Below, in pieces: positions 7,763 through 17,797 of a stretch of 64,000 bases of DNA (position 1 is the first letter of the stretch; every line of letters starts with the position of its first letter). Position numbers and translations under genes: made by a program. The notes under the pieces are model-generated. The model was not told where the DNA came from. It saw only the letters and a list, made by a program, of their open reading frames with translations, and made no database searches. The stretch spans positions 3,038-67,037 of the forward strand of contig JAHECP010000009.1 of the NCBI GenBank assembly GCA_024641665.1, given 5' to 3'. This stretch comes from Acidobacteriota bacterium (GTDB lineage Bacteria > Acidobacteriota > Vicinamibacteria > Vicinamibacterales > JAHECP01).

Positions 7763-8284
7763 TCACCGACGCCTGCGCATGCGGTTCTTCAACCGCCACC
7801 ACGTCCAGAACCGAACTGCTCGCTCCCTGACGTGATCGATTCTCGACTCGATCGCTTGCGGCGCCACTCGCTCGCGTCTAGCGTGTTCGCGCAGCGAGAA
7901 CCCGTCGCGCCACAGGGCCTCAATCGTCCTGAGTTCCTTCGGCGAGACCTGGCTGTTGATTCGATACTTCGCAATCTCAGCGGCCACGCACCGCCGGAGT
8001 TCAGCCAGCATGCTTCGTTCCCCGGAGGCCGGCAAGGCAGTTGCTAGGTCCGCCCGGCCGGGAGCAAACGTCCAGACTCCACCGCGCCAGTATCCCGACA
8101 CCGCGCGAGGCCGCCCGAACAGGTCGGCCACATCCGCACGAACGCCGCGCGCCTTGTAGAACGACCATGGATCCGCGACTCGGATCGCGCACCGTCGACG
8201 CGGAGTCGGTCCTCCCGACGCGGCCTTGACTGCCGCCGCCGTCCGACGGCCATGGCGCACGTGGTTAGACCTGATCGTGCGCAT
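7763..8284 (-). CDS. Hypothetical protein with a C-terminal HTH-like segment
   Basis: ORF-track 173 aa. SPKELRTIEALWRDGFSLREHARRERVAPQAIESRIDHVRERA resembles a sigma region-4 / small HTH unit. The N-terminal half is Arg-rich and of uncertain quality. Confidence 0.5.
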   Translation of the reverse strand: MRTIRSNHVRHGRRTAAAVKAASGGPTPRRRCAIRVADPWSFYKARGVRADVADLFGRPRAVSGYWRGGVWTFAPGRADLATALPASGERSMLAELRRCVAAEIAKYRINSQVSPKELRTIEALWRDGFSLREHARRERVAPQAIESRIDHVRERAVRFWTWWRLKNRMRRRR

Positions 8285-8447
8285 TCGGATTGCCCTCCCA
8301 AATGGAGTTGCTGATCAAAAGCCACTCGTCGGTCACGGCATTGCGCTCTACGCTGACAGGCCGAAGTTCACACGCCTGGATCACCTCCGGACCACGCGCA
8401 TAGGTCTCCATCGGATGCGCATCACCTGGGATAGGTGCTTCTGTCAT
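8265..8447 (-). CDS. Hypothetical 60-aa protein
   Basis: The ATG is preceded by a strong SD (GAGGAGGG, reverse complement of 8451-8458). Codon third positions are mostly G/C. It overlaps the start of the downstream gene by 20 nt, which suggests an operon. Confidence 0.45.
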   Translation of the reverse strand: MTEAPIPGDAHPMETYARGPEVIQACELRPVSVERNAVTDEWLLISNSIWEGNPNAHDQV

Positions 8448-8640
8448 GATCCCTCCTCATCTAAGCCCAGGACACGATAGAGCGTCTGAGAACATCGCAC
8501 AAGAGTCGGCGTGAACGTGCATGGGTGCATATCTCATGGCAGGCAGCCGCCGTTCGCGTCAAAAAAAGACCGCAGGTTCACGTGTGGAACCTGCGGACGG
8601 AGGCGGCGCGAGAGCGCAGCCGCGTCTGGCCTCGAAGAAG

Positions 8641-8907
8641 TTACAGATCTCGGAGCAATGGGCGAAGCAAGAACACGTGGAAGAGCGGTGGCGGAGCATC
8701 TCCGGTGAACTCCGTCGGCGAGTAGATCCCCACGGGTTCATCCGTCTCTGGATCGGTCGCGACGTAGCTCTGCGTCGGGTCGAGCGGGTGGTTGAATTCA
8801 AAGCCGCAATCGGCGCGAAAGAGGCAGGGCCTGCCCTCGGTGGCGAAGTAAAGGCCAGCCAGCCGGTCCTCGGCGTACACCCGTTGATGAGGTCGCGTGT
8901 GTGTCAT
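8641..8907 (-). CDS. Hypothetical 88-aa protein
   Basis: Non-repetitive composition and G/C-rich third positions. It competes with an Arg-rich plus-strand ORF (8521..8982) that looks spurious. Confidence 0.3.
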   Translation of the reverse strand: MTHTRPHQRVYAEDRLAGLYFATEGRPCLFRADCGFEFNHPLDPTQSYVATDPETDEPVGIYSPTEFTGDAPPPLFHVFLLRPLLRDL

Positions 8908-9057
8908 ACAGCCCTCCTTTGGGCGCAGTCGCTCGGCCTTAGCCGCAGCAATCAGGAGAGCTTTGTCGCAAGTGCCGATTAGGAGGAGGTTGGAACGAAG
9001 ACGGGCGGGAAAGACCTGCTTATTGCTAGTGCCAAAACTACGACCTCGAATTATAGA

Positions 9058-9879
9058 TTACTGGGCGATCGGTGTCAAGGATCGCCTGCTTAATGCCACG
9101 ATCAACGCATCCACGTGATCAACGGTAACATATGTGCCACCGACGCGCTCGCTGACTGCGTTGATGTACCCCAAGGCCTCGAGCTTACGCAGCCCCGCGC
9201 GGACAGCGTTCACAACGAAGCCTGTCAAGTGCGCGAGCTCGCCAAAGGTCACTGTCTTTTCGACAGCCGCTCGGTAGCCCAAGTACCGTAGAGTCGGATG
9301 AAGCCGATGAACGGTGCCACACGTCGGGACGACGCAGAAATGACCGACTGCGAGCGCAGGCTCACGGCGCAGAGGCATCCAGGCCAATGCGCTGGACGCC
9401 ATCCGAAGGATAGTCATAGCGGCCAGAGCACGTTCGAAGCTCTGGGTTCTCAAGAGTTCAGCCGTGGCTGCGCACGGAATCTCCAGGAGCAGCGCTACGC
9501 GAGTGCGGCGGGACGCGACCGGGCAGGCACGCAGCCCAAGGTCGAGCCACGGCAGGTCGAGCAGACCGGAGGCGAGTTCGCCGAAAAGATCGGCTTCGCA
9601 GCAAGTGCATAGGGCAACACCATTGCCAGCCGGAAGGTTCTCCCATTGCAGACTCACTCGGCCTCCCAGCACGCAATACAGATGGCCGTGTTCCGGCAAC
9701 CTAGTGTCGAAAGCGGCACCGCTGGCGTCCACTTCCAGAATAGCCGAGTTCTTCCTGTAACGCTCGAGCACCGCGCGTAGGGCAGCCCGGTCACCGTCCG
9801 GACACGCAGAGAAGGCGTTCGGGCCCGCGAACATTCGATCGAGCGCTCCGATTGTGGCCGCCGTTCGTCGAATCATCAC
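9058..9879 (-). CDS. Crp/Fnr-family-like transcriptional regulator (cNMP-binding-like barrel plus C-terminal HTH)
   Basis: HLYCVLGGRVSLQWENLPAGNGVALCTCCEADLFGELA is the barrel with the FGE motif. VTFGELAHLTGFVVNAVRAGLRKLEALGYI is a Crp-type HTH. Confidence 0.65.
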   Translation of the reverse strand: MMIRRTAATIGALDRMFAGPNAFSACPDGDRAALRAVLERYRKNSAILEVDASGAAFDTRLPEHGHLYCVLGGRVSLQWENLPAGNGVALCTCCEADLFGELASGLLDLPWLDLGLRACPVASRRTRVALLLEIPCAATAELLRTQSFERALAAMTILRMASSALAWMPLRREPALAVGHFCVVPTCGTVHRLHPTLRYLGYRAAVEKTVTFGELAHLTGFVVNAVRAGLRKLEALGYINAVSERVGGTYVTVDHVDALIVALSRRSLTPIAQ

Positions 9880-10270
9880 CTACCAACCCTGACTTACTGT
9901 GCAATATCGCAGCGTCGCCGAATCGCACGCAACGGACACTAGAGGTCAGACGGGCCGCAATCCGCCTTGTCCCCAAATGGCCGCTGAAGTCCAGAGGGTC
10001 GTTATCGGGCCGGCCGGATGGCCCTTCGCCGACGGCAACTACGCTGGCGCGCAGGCCGACCCGCGAGGGACTGCCGCTTTCAACTTCGCAGGACACATAG
10101 CGCGCACTCGATAGGACTACCCTGCTTCGGAGGCACACAATCCTCTCCCAGGGCGCCTCACTCAGGACTTCTAGACAGCAGACGCCCAGTTAGGACAACA
10201 TGAACTGCGTCACGTGTGTGAATTCGTGGACCGTTCTACGGTCAAGGCCTGACGTTCGGGGGCATCACTG

Positions 10271-11839
10271 GTGACCTCGAAATCGCCGAGAGACGCGGGC
10301 GAGTCGCAGCCCGACGGAAAACGCCTCAACGGATGGGGTCAGATTGCGACCTACCTGGGGACAAGTGTTAAGACGGCTAGGCGATATGAGCAACGGGAAG
10401 GGATGCCCGTCTATCGCCACCAGCACGCCACAAGGTCGTCCGTCTATGCGTTCGAATCGGAGCTCGCCACTTGGCGAGCCGGGCGTCGGCCAACCAATGT
10501 CGATCCGGCAAGGCTGCAGCACAGGCCGCTCTCCACGGACGAGCCACCTCGAGCGACCTCGAAGTCACGATCATTGGTCAGCGAGGACGCCGCCCTCGGC
10601 CTCTTGCCAGCTATTCGCCTGGCCTATGTGCTGTTGCGGCTGGACCAGTTGCCGGGGGTCGGGACATGGGGATTCACGATTAACAAGTACATCGAACTCA
10701 ATTACTCAACAAATGCGCAGATACTCAGACAGAGGAACGCCTATCTAATCGAGGGGAGCATTACGCACACTGCTCATGCGCTCCGAGGTCTTGGATTCCT
10801 ACGCACGTCGCTTCCGGGCGTTCAGCCCCAGTTGATTCGACAATGGATTGAACGACACAGTGTCAATGTGGGCTTCATAGAACTAGCCCTTCCGGCGAAT
10901 CCGGACGAGGCTCGCGACATCGCCAAACAGGTCAGGCACACTGCTAGTGCAATTTTGGCGTCGCTTCGCTTGCGGGCCCACGTGTCCATTGCCGCCGGTG
11001 TCGCGGAGATTGAGCGGTGGGCAGACGCACGAGCCAAGCTACTGCTGCGCTTTGCGAGCGTATGGGTCCACGACCCCGAAATGACCTACTCGCACGCCTA
11101 CCTGCTTGAGCTGTTTGACCTGCTGAGGGGTGAGACTCGATATGCCAGCCTAAGGCCTGAACTGACGAGCCAAATCGATCATGGCCTCGGCCGACTGTTT
11201 GATCGGATCTCACTTGTGTCTCCCTACTGGTGCTGGGACACACATCGTGAGACGAAGAGATTCTACACGTTGTTGATCCTGACGCGCATCCTCTCCATTG
11301 CGGAGACATATCGCGAGCCGGCATGGGTAGATCGAGTGCACGCTTGTCTGGAAGATATTGGACGAAGCGCCCGGGGAATTGGGGGCGTTTCGCTCGGCGA
11401 GGGATCCCAAGAGAGCCGGTTCGGCAGGCCGGATCTTGGAGCAACGGCGGCGTTCTTTGGTTGCTGCCAACAAGCGAGCCGATTTGGGCTGCCCATCGAG
11501 CGATTGGGAGCAGAAGCGTATGAAATGCTCAGAAACGTCTGGGACACATTCGAGGAGTCAGCAGAGAATTCGATCACTCATACATGGGAGGCGATCGTCT
11601 CGCTGGTTGATAGGACAGACCTCTTGAAGAGCCTTGACAGTCAGGTGTTGTGCGAGCAGCTTGAGCCGCAGTTGCAGGGCGTCGTGAACGAGCTCGCCTC
11701 GGCCTGTGAGCTGCCATCAAAGGCAATACGCGAGATTGGAGAGGCAATTGGCTGTCCGGACCGGCTAGCGTGGTGTTTTGAACGTGACATTTGGCGGAGT
11801 GCCGTTCATCGCATCCAAAAGACCGCTGATAGACGGTGA
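10271..11839 (+). CDS. 522-aa protein with an N-terminal HTH (GWGQIATYLGTSVKTARRYEQREGMPV); the rest is helical and unassigned
   Basis: ORF-track entry with a GTG start. Coding-like composition throughout. I recognise no catalytic motif. Confidence 0.65.
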   Translation: MTSKSPRDAGESQPDGKRLNGWGQIATYLGTSVKTARRYEQREGMPVYRHQHATRSSVYAFESELATWRAGRRPTNVDPARLQHRPLSTDEPPRATSKSRSLVSEDAALGLLPAIRLAYVLLRLDQLPGVGTWGFTINKYIELNYSTNAQILRQRNAYLIEGSITHTAHALRGLGFLRTSLPGVQPQLIRQWIERHSVNVGFIELALPANPDEARDIAKQVRHTASAILASLRLRAHVSIAAGVAEIERWADARAKLLLRFASVWVHDPEMTYSHAYLLELFDLLRGETRYASLRPELTSQIDHGLGRLFDRISLVSPYWCWDTHRETKRFYTLLILTRILSIAETYREPAWVDRVHACLEDIGRSARGIGGVSLGEGSQESRFGRPDLGATAAFFGCCQQASRFGLPIERLGAEAYEMLRNVWDTFEESAENSITHTWEAIVSLVDRTDLLKSLDSQVLCEQLEPQLQGVVNELASACELPSKAIREIGEAIGCPDRLAWCFERDIWRSAVHRIQKTADRR

Positions 11840-12425
11840 CGGTGGTTCGTCGCTCGCGGCGAGTTGACATTGGTGAGTGATCTCGCGCCTGCAAGTCCGA
11901 AAGCAGCGGCAACGACCGGAGGTACTCCGGCGGCGCAACGGCGATGCCCGCGAGCTGTGCGAAGCACCAGTGCGTCCGTCCTGCGCAAAGGGCCTGGACG
12001 CTCGCGTAGCGCGCATTGGGTGGACGGTAGGCCCAGGCGGCGGGCCAGGATGAGAAACGACTTGCGCACGGCGGAGCCAGTACGGTAAAAGCCTCATGTC
12101 TCAACGGGCTCCTGAGACGAGCGGGTTTGCCCGTGATTTGTGCTGTCCTTCAGTGGACTGCTAGAACGTGACCGTTTGCCGGCCTTAACAGTCGGGCCGT
12201 TGCGGACACCGCTATCTAAGGTCGTGCTGGGCCGCCTTGCAGAAGAATTGGGTAGTCCGGTTGCTCGGCCCGCTCCAGAATTCTGGACGGGTGCCCAGCC
12301 GGCGCTTTGGGTTGGGACGAAGTGTAGCCGAATAGCCGGCCACCGCTTCCGACAGGGGTCGGCGCGACCTTATCGGGGCAACCTTGATGAAGGGAGCGCT
12401 CTATCCGACGCGCGAGGCGAGTGTT

Positions 12426-12902
12426 CTAGCAGCCAAGGATGTCCCAAGATGGCCAAGACGCTCGATGGATCGCCTCTAGGCACGGCTTGCACTCGCGGCG
12501 TCTCTGTAGGTGGGCGGTGGCTGCTTCGAGAGTCCAGCCGAGGCAGTGGTGAAGGTAGGCAATGGCGACAGTGGGCGAGCGGCCAAGCCCCCATCGGCAG
12601 TGAAGAAAGACCGCGTCACCGGCGGTAAGCAACGCTCGAAGGGTGGAGACGCAACGTGGGAGTACAGCAGCGAGTGCGGAAAGGTCCGAATCCCTAACCG
12701 GTATTCGATTCACTGCGATTCCTATGAGCCCATAATGTGCTTCAAGTGTTCGCCAATCCAAACCGGCATCGAGCATGTCGTCGTCCGTCTCCAAGTTGAC
12801 AACCGCGGTGACGCGAAGGATCTGCCGGAGCACTTCAATGTCTTCAAACGTCTCAGGATGGGACCCTAGGAACAGACTCCGGTCGACTTGTGCGTACTCC
12901 AT
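12426..12902 (-). CDS. Dual-specificity (Cys-based) protein phosphatase
   Basis: ORF-track 12426..12962 trimmed to ATG 12902 (MEYAQVDRSLFLGSHP). The active-site P-loop is VFLHCRWGLGRSPTV (HCxxGxxRS). Confidence 0.8.
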   Translation of the reverse strand: MEYAQVDRSLFLGSHPETFEDIEVLRQILRVTAVVNLETDDDMLDAGLDWRTLEAHYGLIGIAVNRIPVRDSDLSALAAVLPRCVSTLRALLTAGDAVFLHCRWGLGRSPTVAIAYLHHCLGWTLEAATAHLQRRRECKPCLEAIHRASWPSWDILGC

Positions 12903-12992
12903 TGTGCACCTGTCACAGGTAATGACTCGGAGGTGCCTCGCTTCCGAGTGAGCAAGGCCCAACCGGGGTGGGCGTTTCCAATGGAGGGCTCA

Positions 12993-13682
12993 ATGTCATT
13001 TGAAGAGTATGTAGCTGCTCTAGCGAGACACGAAGCCACCAAATCCATCCAAGTGCTTGAAGACCCAAGGGATCTGATCCTCGTCCACTCCGGCGTTCGC
13101 CTCAACAACATAGGTGATTATCTCACAGACACGTCTATCGAGTGGCACCTTGAGGACGTGCCCGTCGACCACATCGGTTTCTGCAGCACTACGCCGGCAA
13201 GAAACAGGGTGCTCCTTGACCAGTGCGAAAGATCTCCTGTTAGGTTCAAGCAGCTGCTCGCCTCGGATGATCAAGTCCGTGCGACTTTCGCACGGGACGC
13301 TTCGTTTGGCGACGAGCCACTTCTCCTGAAGAAAGTCGATGGAGGCCTACGAGTAGTTGATGGCATGCACCGTCTTGTTGGCGCGATACTCTGCGAAAGG
13401 CTAACGGTCTCCGCGTTTGTTCCTCGCGATGCCCTGCCCATTCTGCCGAAGTGTGAAGCCCACACAGTCTACGATCTCATTCGGGGGTATCAGAAGAATG
13501 CTCGTGACGAACAAGGCCAGCGTGATCTGTTCCACGGACTGCGGTTGCTCTGTAGAACCTACGCCAATGCTGTCGATCTACTGCGCCACCGCTTCAGTTC
13601 CAGATACATCCCCGACGAAGACGTCCAGCAGACGATCTCATCCGTCTTGAACGTTATGGCTACAACAGACCCAGCGTCATAA
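12993..13682 (+). CDS. ParB/sulfiredoxin-fold (ParB-like nuclease N-terminal domain) protein
   Basis: ORF-track 12888..13682 trimmed to ATG 12993. LLLKKVDGGLRVVDGMHRLVGAIL matches the DGxHR core of ParB/Srx domains. Confidence 0.6.
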   Translation: MSFEEYVAALARHEATKSIQVLEDPRDLILVHSGVRLNNIGDYLTDTSIEWHLEDVPVDHIGFCSTTPARNRVLLDQCERSPVRFKQLLASDDQVRATFARDASFGDEPLLLKKVDGGLRVVDGMHRLVGAILCERLTVSAFVPRDALPILPKCEAHTVYDLIRGYQKNARDEQGQRDLFHGLRLLCRTYANAVDLLRHRFSSRYIPDEDVQQTISSVLNVMATTDPAS

Positions 13683-13692
13683 CCGATTCTCC

Positions 13693-14286
13693 ATGAGTCA
13701 GGCTGTCATTATCCTAGTCGGCTTCTCCCGGTCCGGGAAGACCACCCTCGCATACAAGATCCGCGAGCGTTTCGCGTCCCACGCCTTTCACATTCTCTCC
13801 GGTGATCCAATCCACGTCTATCTAAACACACAGTTCCCGTATTTCGCCGACGACAGCACGGTGTTTGGCCACGCCTTTTGGGCGCGCCGCGCAGTAACCC
13901 TCGATATTCAGCTCCTGCTACTGCAAACCTTTCTTGGTCTCGGTCTGTCAGTCATTATAGACCTCGCCAATCTCAGGCGCGCGGAGCGTCAACGAATAGC
14001 CGCGGCTGTACGCAAGGTACGTCCTTCGGCAAGAATTGCGATAATCTCTCTCCAGATCAGCGAACAGGAACTCCTCAGACAGATCGCGAATACCGAACGC
14101 GAGAAGGCCGCCAAGAAAGGCCGCAAGCCAGCCTACCTGGACCTCTACCAGGTCATCGAGAAGCCACTGCTCGAATGGCCCCTTCCCGACGAAGCAGATC
14201 AGGTGTTACACACGACGTGGGAGCGAGAGGCCGAGACATTGAACGACCTCGATCCTTTTCTTTGCGGTTCCAACAGCGAGCGCTGA
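13693..14286 (+). CDS. P-loop kinase (AAA_33 / zeta-toxin / polynucleotide-kinase-like)
   Basis: Walker A is VIILVGFSRSGKTTLA at the N-terminus. It is about 200 aa in size and lies 10 nt after the ParB-like gene. Confidence 0.75.
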   Translation: MSQAVIILVGFSRSGKTTLAYKIRERFASHAFHILSGDPIHVYLNTQFPYFADDSTVFGHAFWARRAVTLDIQLLLLQTFLGLGLSVIIDLANLRRAERQRIAAAVRKVRPSARIAIISLQISEQELLRQIANTEREKAAKKGRKPAYLDLYQVIEKPLLEWPLPDEADQVLHTTWEREAETLNDLDPFLCGSNSER

Positions 14287-14334
14287 AGCCGCAGAGGTGG
14301 TTCCGTGCAGTGCTTTTTCGATTGAGGGAGACGC

Positions 14335-15570
14335 GTGATCAACTTCATCTCGACGTTTCCACCCATCGTGTGCGGCATCGCGTCGTATACGAGTTACTTG
14401 GTGAACGCCATGCCGGCCGGCAGATGGAGTGTTACGTCGTTCCAGCGCGACGAATTCGATAGAACCGGGAGTGCCGATCGGCCTCGAAGGGAGGTGCTCG
14501 AGTCGATATCTCTGCGCTCGCCGCGGCTTCCACGCGTGCTTCTGGGGGACGTGGTGTGGTTCCAGCATTCCTTCGGTATTTGGGGTGACAATCCGACGGC
14601 GGTCTGCGAACTAGCCGAGCAGGCGAAAGAGCGAAGGAAGAAGGTGGTTGTTACCTTTCATACCGTTCATTTTGAGGGTGCCGAAACGGAGATGGGTCTG
14701 CAGCGGAGGGAAGAGGCCCTTCTCAAGAGACTTCTGCCAAGAGTCGACGGTGCTAGTGTGTTTACGGCGGGCGCCTTCCAGGCCGTGCGCAAGACCTTTC
14801 CGGAGTTCGCTGACCGTGTGACACTAATCAGGCACGGCGTGCCATCGCACCCGCGAATCAGCATGGCAGCAGCGAGGCGCCGGTTGCGGGACCACTTGAC
14901 GGTTGTACCGCACGTCAGGCCGAAAGACGCGAAGAGGATTGCTCAGATTCTTGCCCCAGACACAATCGTGCTTGGGCACTTCGGATTCGTTGGCACCGAT
15001 AAGGATCCCAGCCCAATCTATGAGCTGGGAGCAATGCTTCGCAAGCGACTACCAATGCGTCGCATCGCGGTTCTCTGTGGAGGAACTATTCAGAGGAGAA
15101 AAGACCGTTGCGGAGCCGGCGCCGCCGGAGTAGTCGCTCGCCTGCGAGTGCTTGGTGCTCAGGGTTTGGATGTCTTTGTTGAAGGCTATCTGCCGGAATT
15201 CATCCTTCCGTGTGCTTACGGAGCATTGGACTTTGCCGTCTTTTGGCCGAGGAACGGTACGCAATCTGGCACGCTCGCACACGCACAAGGCGCAGGGACG
15301 TGCGTCGTTGGACGGTCTATTGAAGGAGTTGGCGAGACGCTTAAAGCGATCGGCTCGCCGGTAGCCGATGACCTAGAGGACCTCGCGCACCAACTTGAGC
15401 AGCACCTGTCGGACATGAGGGTGCAGGAGGTTAGGAAACGAGCTGGTCAGCGATATCGGCAGCTACATTCATTCTCTGTGCAGGCCCGGCAGCACTTAGT
15501 GCTGGAGGCCCAGATCGTCGGTAGCCAAGGGTGGTGGTCGAGGGAACTCGGCAGAGGCGAAGAGGCATGA
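14335..15570 (+). CDS. Glycosyltransferase (GT-B fold, GT4-like)
   Basis: GTG 14335 with a GAGGGAG SD. MINFISTFPPIVCGIASYTSYL is a typical GT4 N-terminus. It is coupled to the next GT gene by an ATGA overlap. Confidence 0.7.
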   Translation: MINFISTFPPIVCGIASYTSYLVNAMPAGRWSVTSFQRDEFDRTGSADRPRREVLESISLRSPRLPRVLLGDVVWFQHSFGIWGDNPTAVCELAEQAKERRKKVVVTFHTVHFEGAETEMGLQRREEALLKRLLPRVDGASVFTAGAFQAVRKTFPEFADRVTLIRHGVPSHPRISMAAARRRLRDHLTVVPHVRPKDAKRIAQILAPDTIVLGHFGFVGTDKDPSPIYELGAMLRKRLPMRRIAVLCGGTIQRRKDRCGAGAAGVVARLRVLGAQGLDVFVEGYLPEFILPCAYGALDFAVFWPRNGTQSGTLAHAQGAGTCVVGRSIEGVGETLKAIGSPVADDLEDLAHQLEQHLSDMRVQEVRKRAGQRYRQLHSFSVQARQHLVLEAQIVGSQGWWSRELGRGEEA

Positions 15571-16724
15571 GGATCTGTCTAGTTACGCACAGCCTGCCAC
15601 CATACATCGGTGGCTGCGAGACGTATGTGTGGCTTCTTGCTGCTGGACTGCACGAGAATGGGCATGACGTCACTGTGGTGAGTGAGCCGGTCGCCGGCGG
15701 GGCAGCGAAAGGACGCATGTATCCATTCCGCGTCATCGGAGTTCCGGGGTTCCGAGAATTCGACAGGGGCAACGCGTCGCTGACTGCGATTGTGCCTCCG
15801 TTGCGTGCGGCCCTGTTGAACGGGTCGTTTGACGTCATCCACGTTCACAAGTTCTTGCCGGGCCTTGCATGCGCGGTCGTGTTGGCGGAAGAGCCGGCCA
15901 AGGTAGTATTTACATTCCACAGTCACCCGGACTTAGGTTCCGAGCGCAGCCGACGGCCTGGAGGACAGGTACCAGCTGAGACGTCATACGCTAAGTTTGT
16001 ATTAGGTTTGCCCTTTTACAGGTACGTGGTCTGTCCGTGCAGGCATTACGGAACCTGGGCTACGGCTATGGGAGTGGCCGATAGCAAGGTGCGAGTGGTC
16101 TATCCAGGAATAGACGTCGGACGCTTTCGAGTCAGCAGAGATAGTAGGCTGCGAGGGCGGCTCGGTTTCAGAGCGGACGACTTTGTTGTTCTGTGCGCGG
16201 CGAGAATGTCGGAACGAAAGGGAATACTTGACTTGCTACGAGCGATGGAGCATATCACAGATGGCCGCATTCGAGTCTGGCTCGTGGGCAGTTCGTTGAG
16301 CGGGTCGAAGGACTATGCGGACTCTGTGAAGAGATCTATTCGGGAGCATCGCCTTGAGCAACGGGTTAGGCTGAGTCTGGAGAAGTACGACTGCTTCGAC
16401 ATGCCACAGGTGTTGGCAAGTTGTGATGCATTCGTTCTTCCTTCCTATGGAGAGGGGTTGCCTTTGGCGATCCTTGAGGCAATGGCCGCCGGTATTCCCA
16501 CTATTGGGTCGCGAACGGCTGGCGTTGACGAGATCATTAGCGACGGCGCGAATGGCCTTCTGACCGGCTGTGGCGAACCAGAGGCGCTCGCGGAGAGGCT
16601 TGAGGCGCTAGCATCAGATTCTTCCCTAGCTAAGAAGCTGGCTGAGGGCGGATTGGAGACGGTACAGACGCGATTTGAAGCAGGAAAACAGATTGCCGCA
16701 CTGGAGGCTGTTTACGCTGGCTAG
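15567..16724 (+). CDS. Glycosyltransferase family 4
   Basis: ORF-track 15531..16724 trimmed to ATG 15567 (MRICLVTHSLPPYIGGCETY). The C-terminal motif is PSYGEGLPLAILEAMAAGIPTIGSRTAGVDEIISDGANGLL. Confidence 0.85.
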   Translation: MRICLVTHSLPPYIGGCETYVWLLAAGLHENGHDVTVVSEPVAGGAAKGRMYPFRVIGVPGFREFDRGNASLTAIVPPLRAALLNGSFDVIHVHKFLPGLACAVVLAEEPAKVVFTFHSHPDLGSERSRRPGGQVPAETSYAKFVLGLPFYRYVVCPCRHYGTWATAMGVADSKVRVVYPGIDVGRFRVSRDSRLRGRLGFRADDFVVLCAARMSERKGILDLLRAMEHITDGRIRVWLVGSSLSGSKDYADSVKRSIREHRLEQRVRLSLEKYDCFDMPQVLASCDAFVLPSYGEGLPLAILEAMAAGIPTIGSRTAGVDEIISDGANGLLTGCGEPEALAERLEALASDSSLAKKLAEGGLETVQTRFEAGKQIAALEAVYAG

Positions 16725-17329
16725 TGCACCGTAACAGGTGAATCGATAGTAATCCGGTGAGACGGCGTGCGATAGGTCCGCCGGACGGGTTTCGGGGCGC
16801 GGTTGTAGTGACGGATGTAGCGCATGATCTTCCGACGAAGGTCCGCAACCGAGCTGAAGATGCCGCGGGCAATGGGGTCCCGCTCGATCTTCGAGAACCA
16901 GATCTCGATCTCGTTGAGCCACGAGCTATAGGTCGGCGTGAAGTGGAGGTGCACGGTCGGATGGTCGGCCAGGAATTGCGCGACGCGCCTGGTCCTGTGG
17001 ATCGAGAGATTGTCCACGATCAGATGCATCTCCGTGCCGCGCGGGTGCGTGTCGACCACGTCGTGCAAGAACTCGACGAACACCTCGCTCGTATGCCGGA
17101 GGGCCGTCTGGCCCAGCACCTCACCCGTCTGCGTGTTCAGCGCGGCCAGCAGGGACAGGGTCCCATGGCGGTGGTATTCGAACCCGTGGCGCTCGGCTCG
17201 GCCCGGCGAGAGCGGGAGCACCGGCTGCAGACGGTCGAGCGCCTGAATCGCGCTCTTCTCGTCCAGCGCAAAGACCGCCGCGTGGCGTGGGGGATTCACA
17301 TACAGCCCAATGACGTCGGCGGCCTTGGT
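16721..17329 (-). mobile_element. IS630-family transposase remnant (5' third of the gene and both IS ends not identifiable)
   Basis: See the chimeric ORF above. The DDE triad context is DEK...DN...E(IEIWF). The junction coordinate is approximate. Confidence 0.7.
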
Positions 17330-17797
17330 TTCGAACAGCTCGCCGAAGAATCGCTGCCGCCGGTCGGCTTCGGGATAGCGAGCGTCCGGTAAGAGTACCC
17401 ACGCGGTGAGAACCTGCCGCGCGTCGAATCCCGGATTGACGTCTTCGAGCCTGAGCACGCTGCCAACGAGCAGAACGACCGCGACAGCCAGCACGGCGGA
17501 TGCGGCGGTCTCGAAGAGGATCAGGACCTGGGTCAGACGACGGCGCCGGGCGCCGGGCCCAATCGCGTGCGGATTGTCCTCCTTGAGTGCCGTCACCAGA
17601 TCGAAGCCGCGTGTTTGGAGGGCCGCCGCCACCGCGCTGACGCCGCCCGCCACCAGCGTCGCCGGCACCGCGAGCAGGAGGACGGGAACGCCAACGTGGA
17701 TGTCATCGATGCGCGGCAGGCGGACCGGATTGAGCGCGCGAAATACGTCGATGGGTGTCGTGGAGGCGGCCGGACGATCATTGCGACGAGGTCTCAA
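16721..17797 (-). pseudogene. Chimeric ORF: an internal fragment of an ADOP/MacB-like permease fused in frame to the C-terminal ~200 aa of an IS630-family transposase
   Basis: The N-terminal ~155 aa (LILFETAASAVLAVAVVLLVGSVLRLEDVNPGFDARQVLTAWVLLPDARYPEADRRQRFF) parallel the mid-section of the 905-aa permease at 48148-50865. The remainder (KAADVIGLYVNPP...DEKSAIQALDR...HLIVDNLSIHRT...FTPTYSSWLNEIEIWF) is a DDE_3 / IS630 core. Confidence 0.75.
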
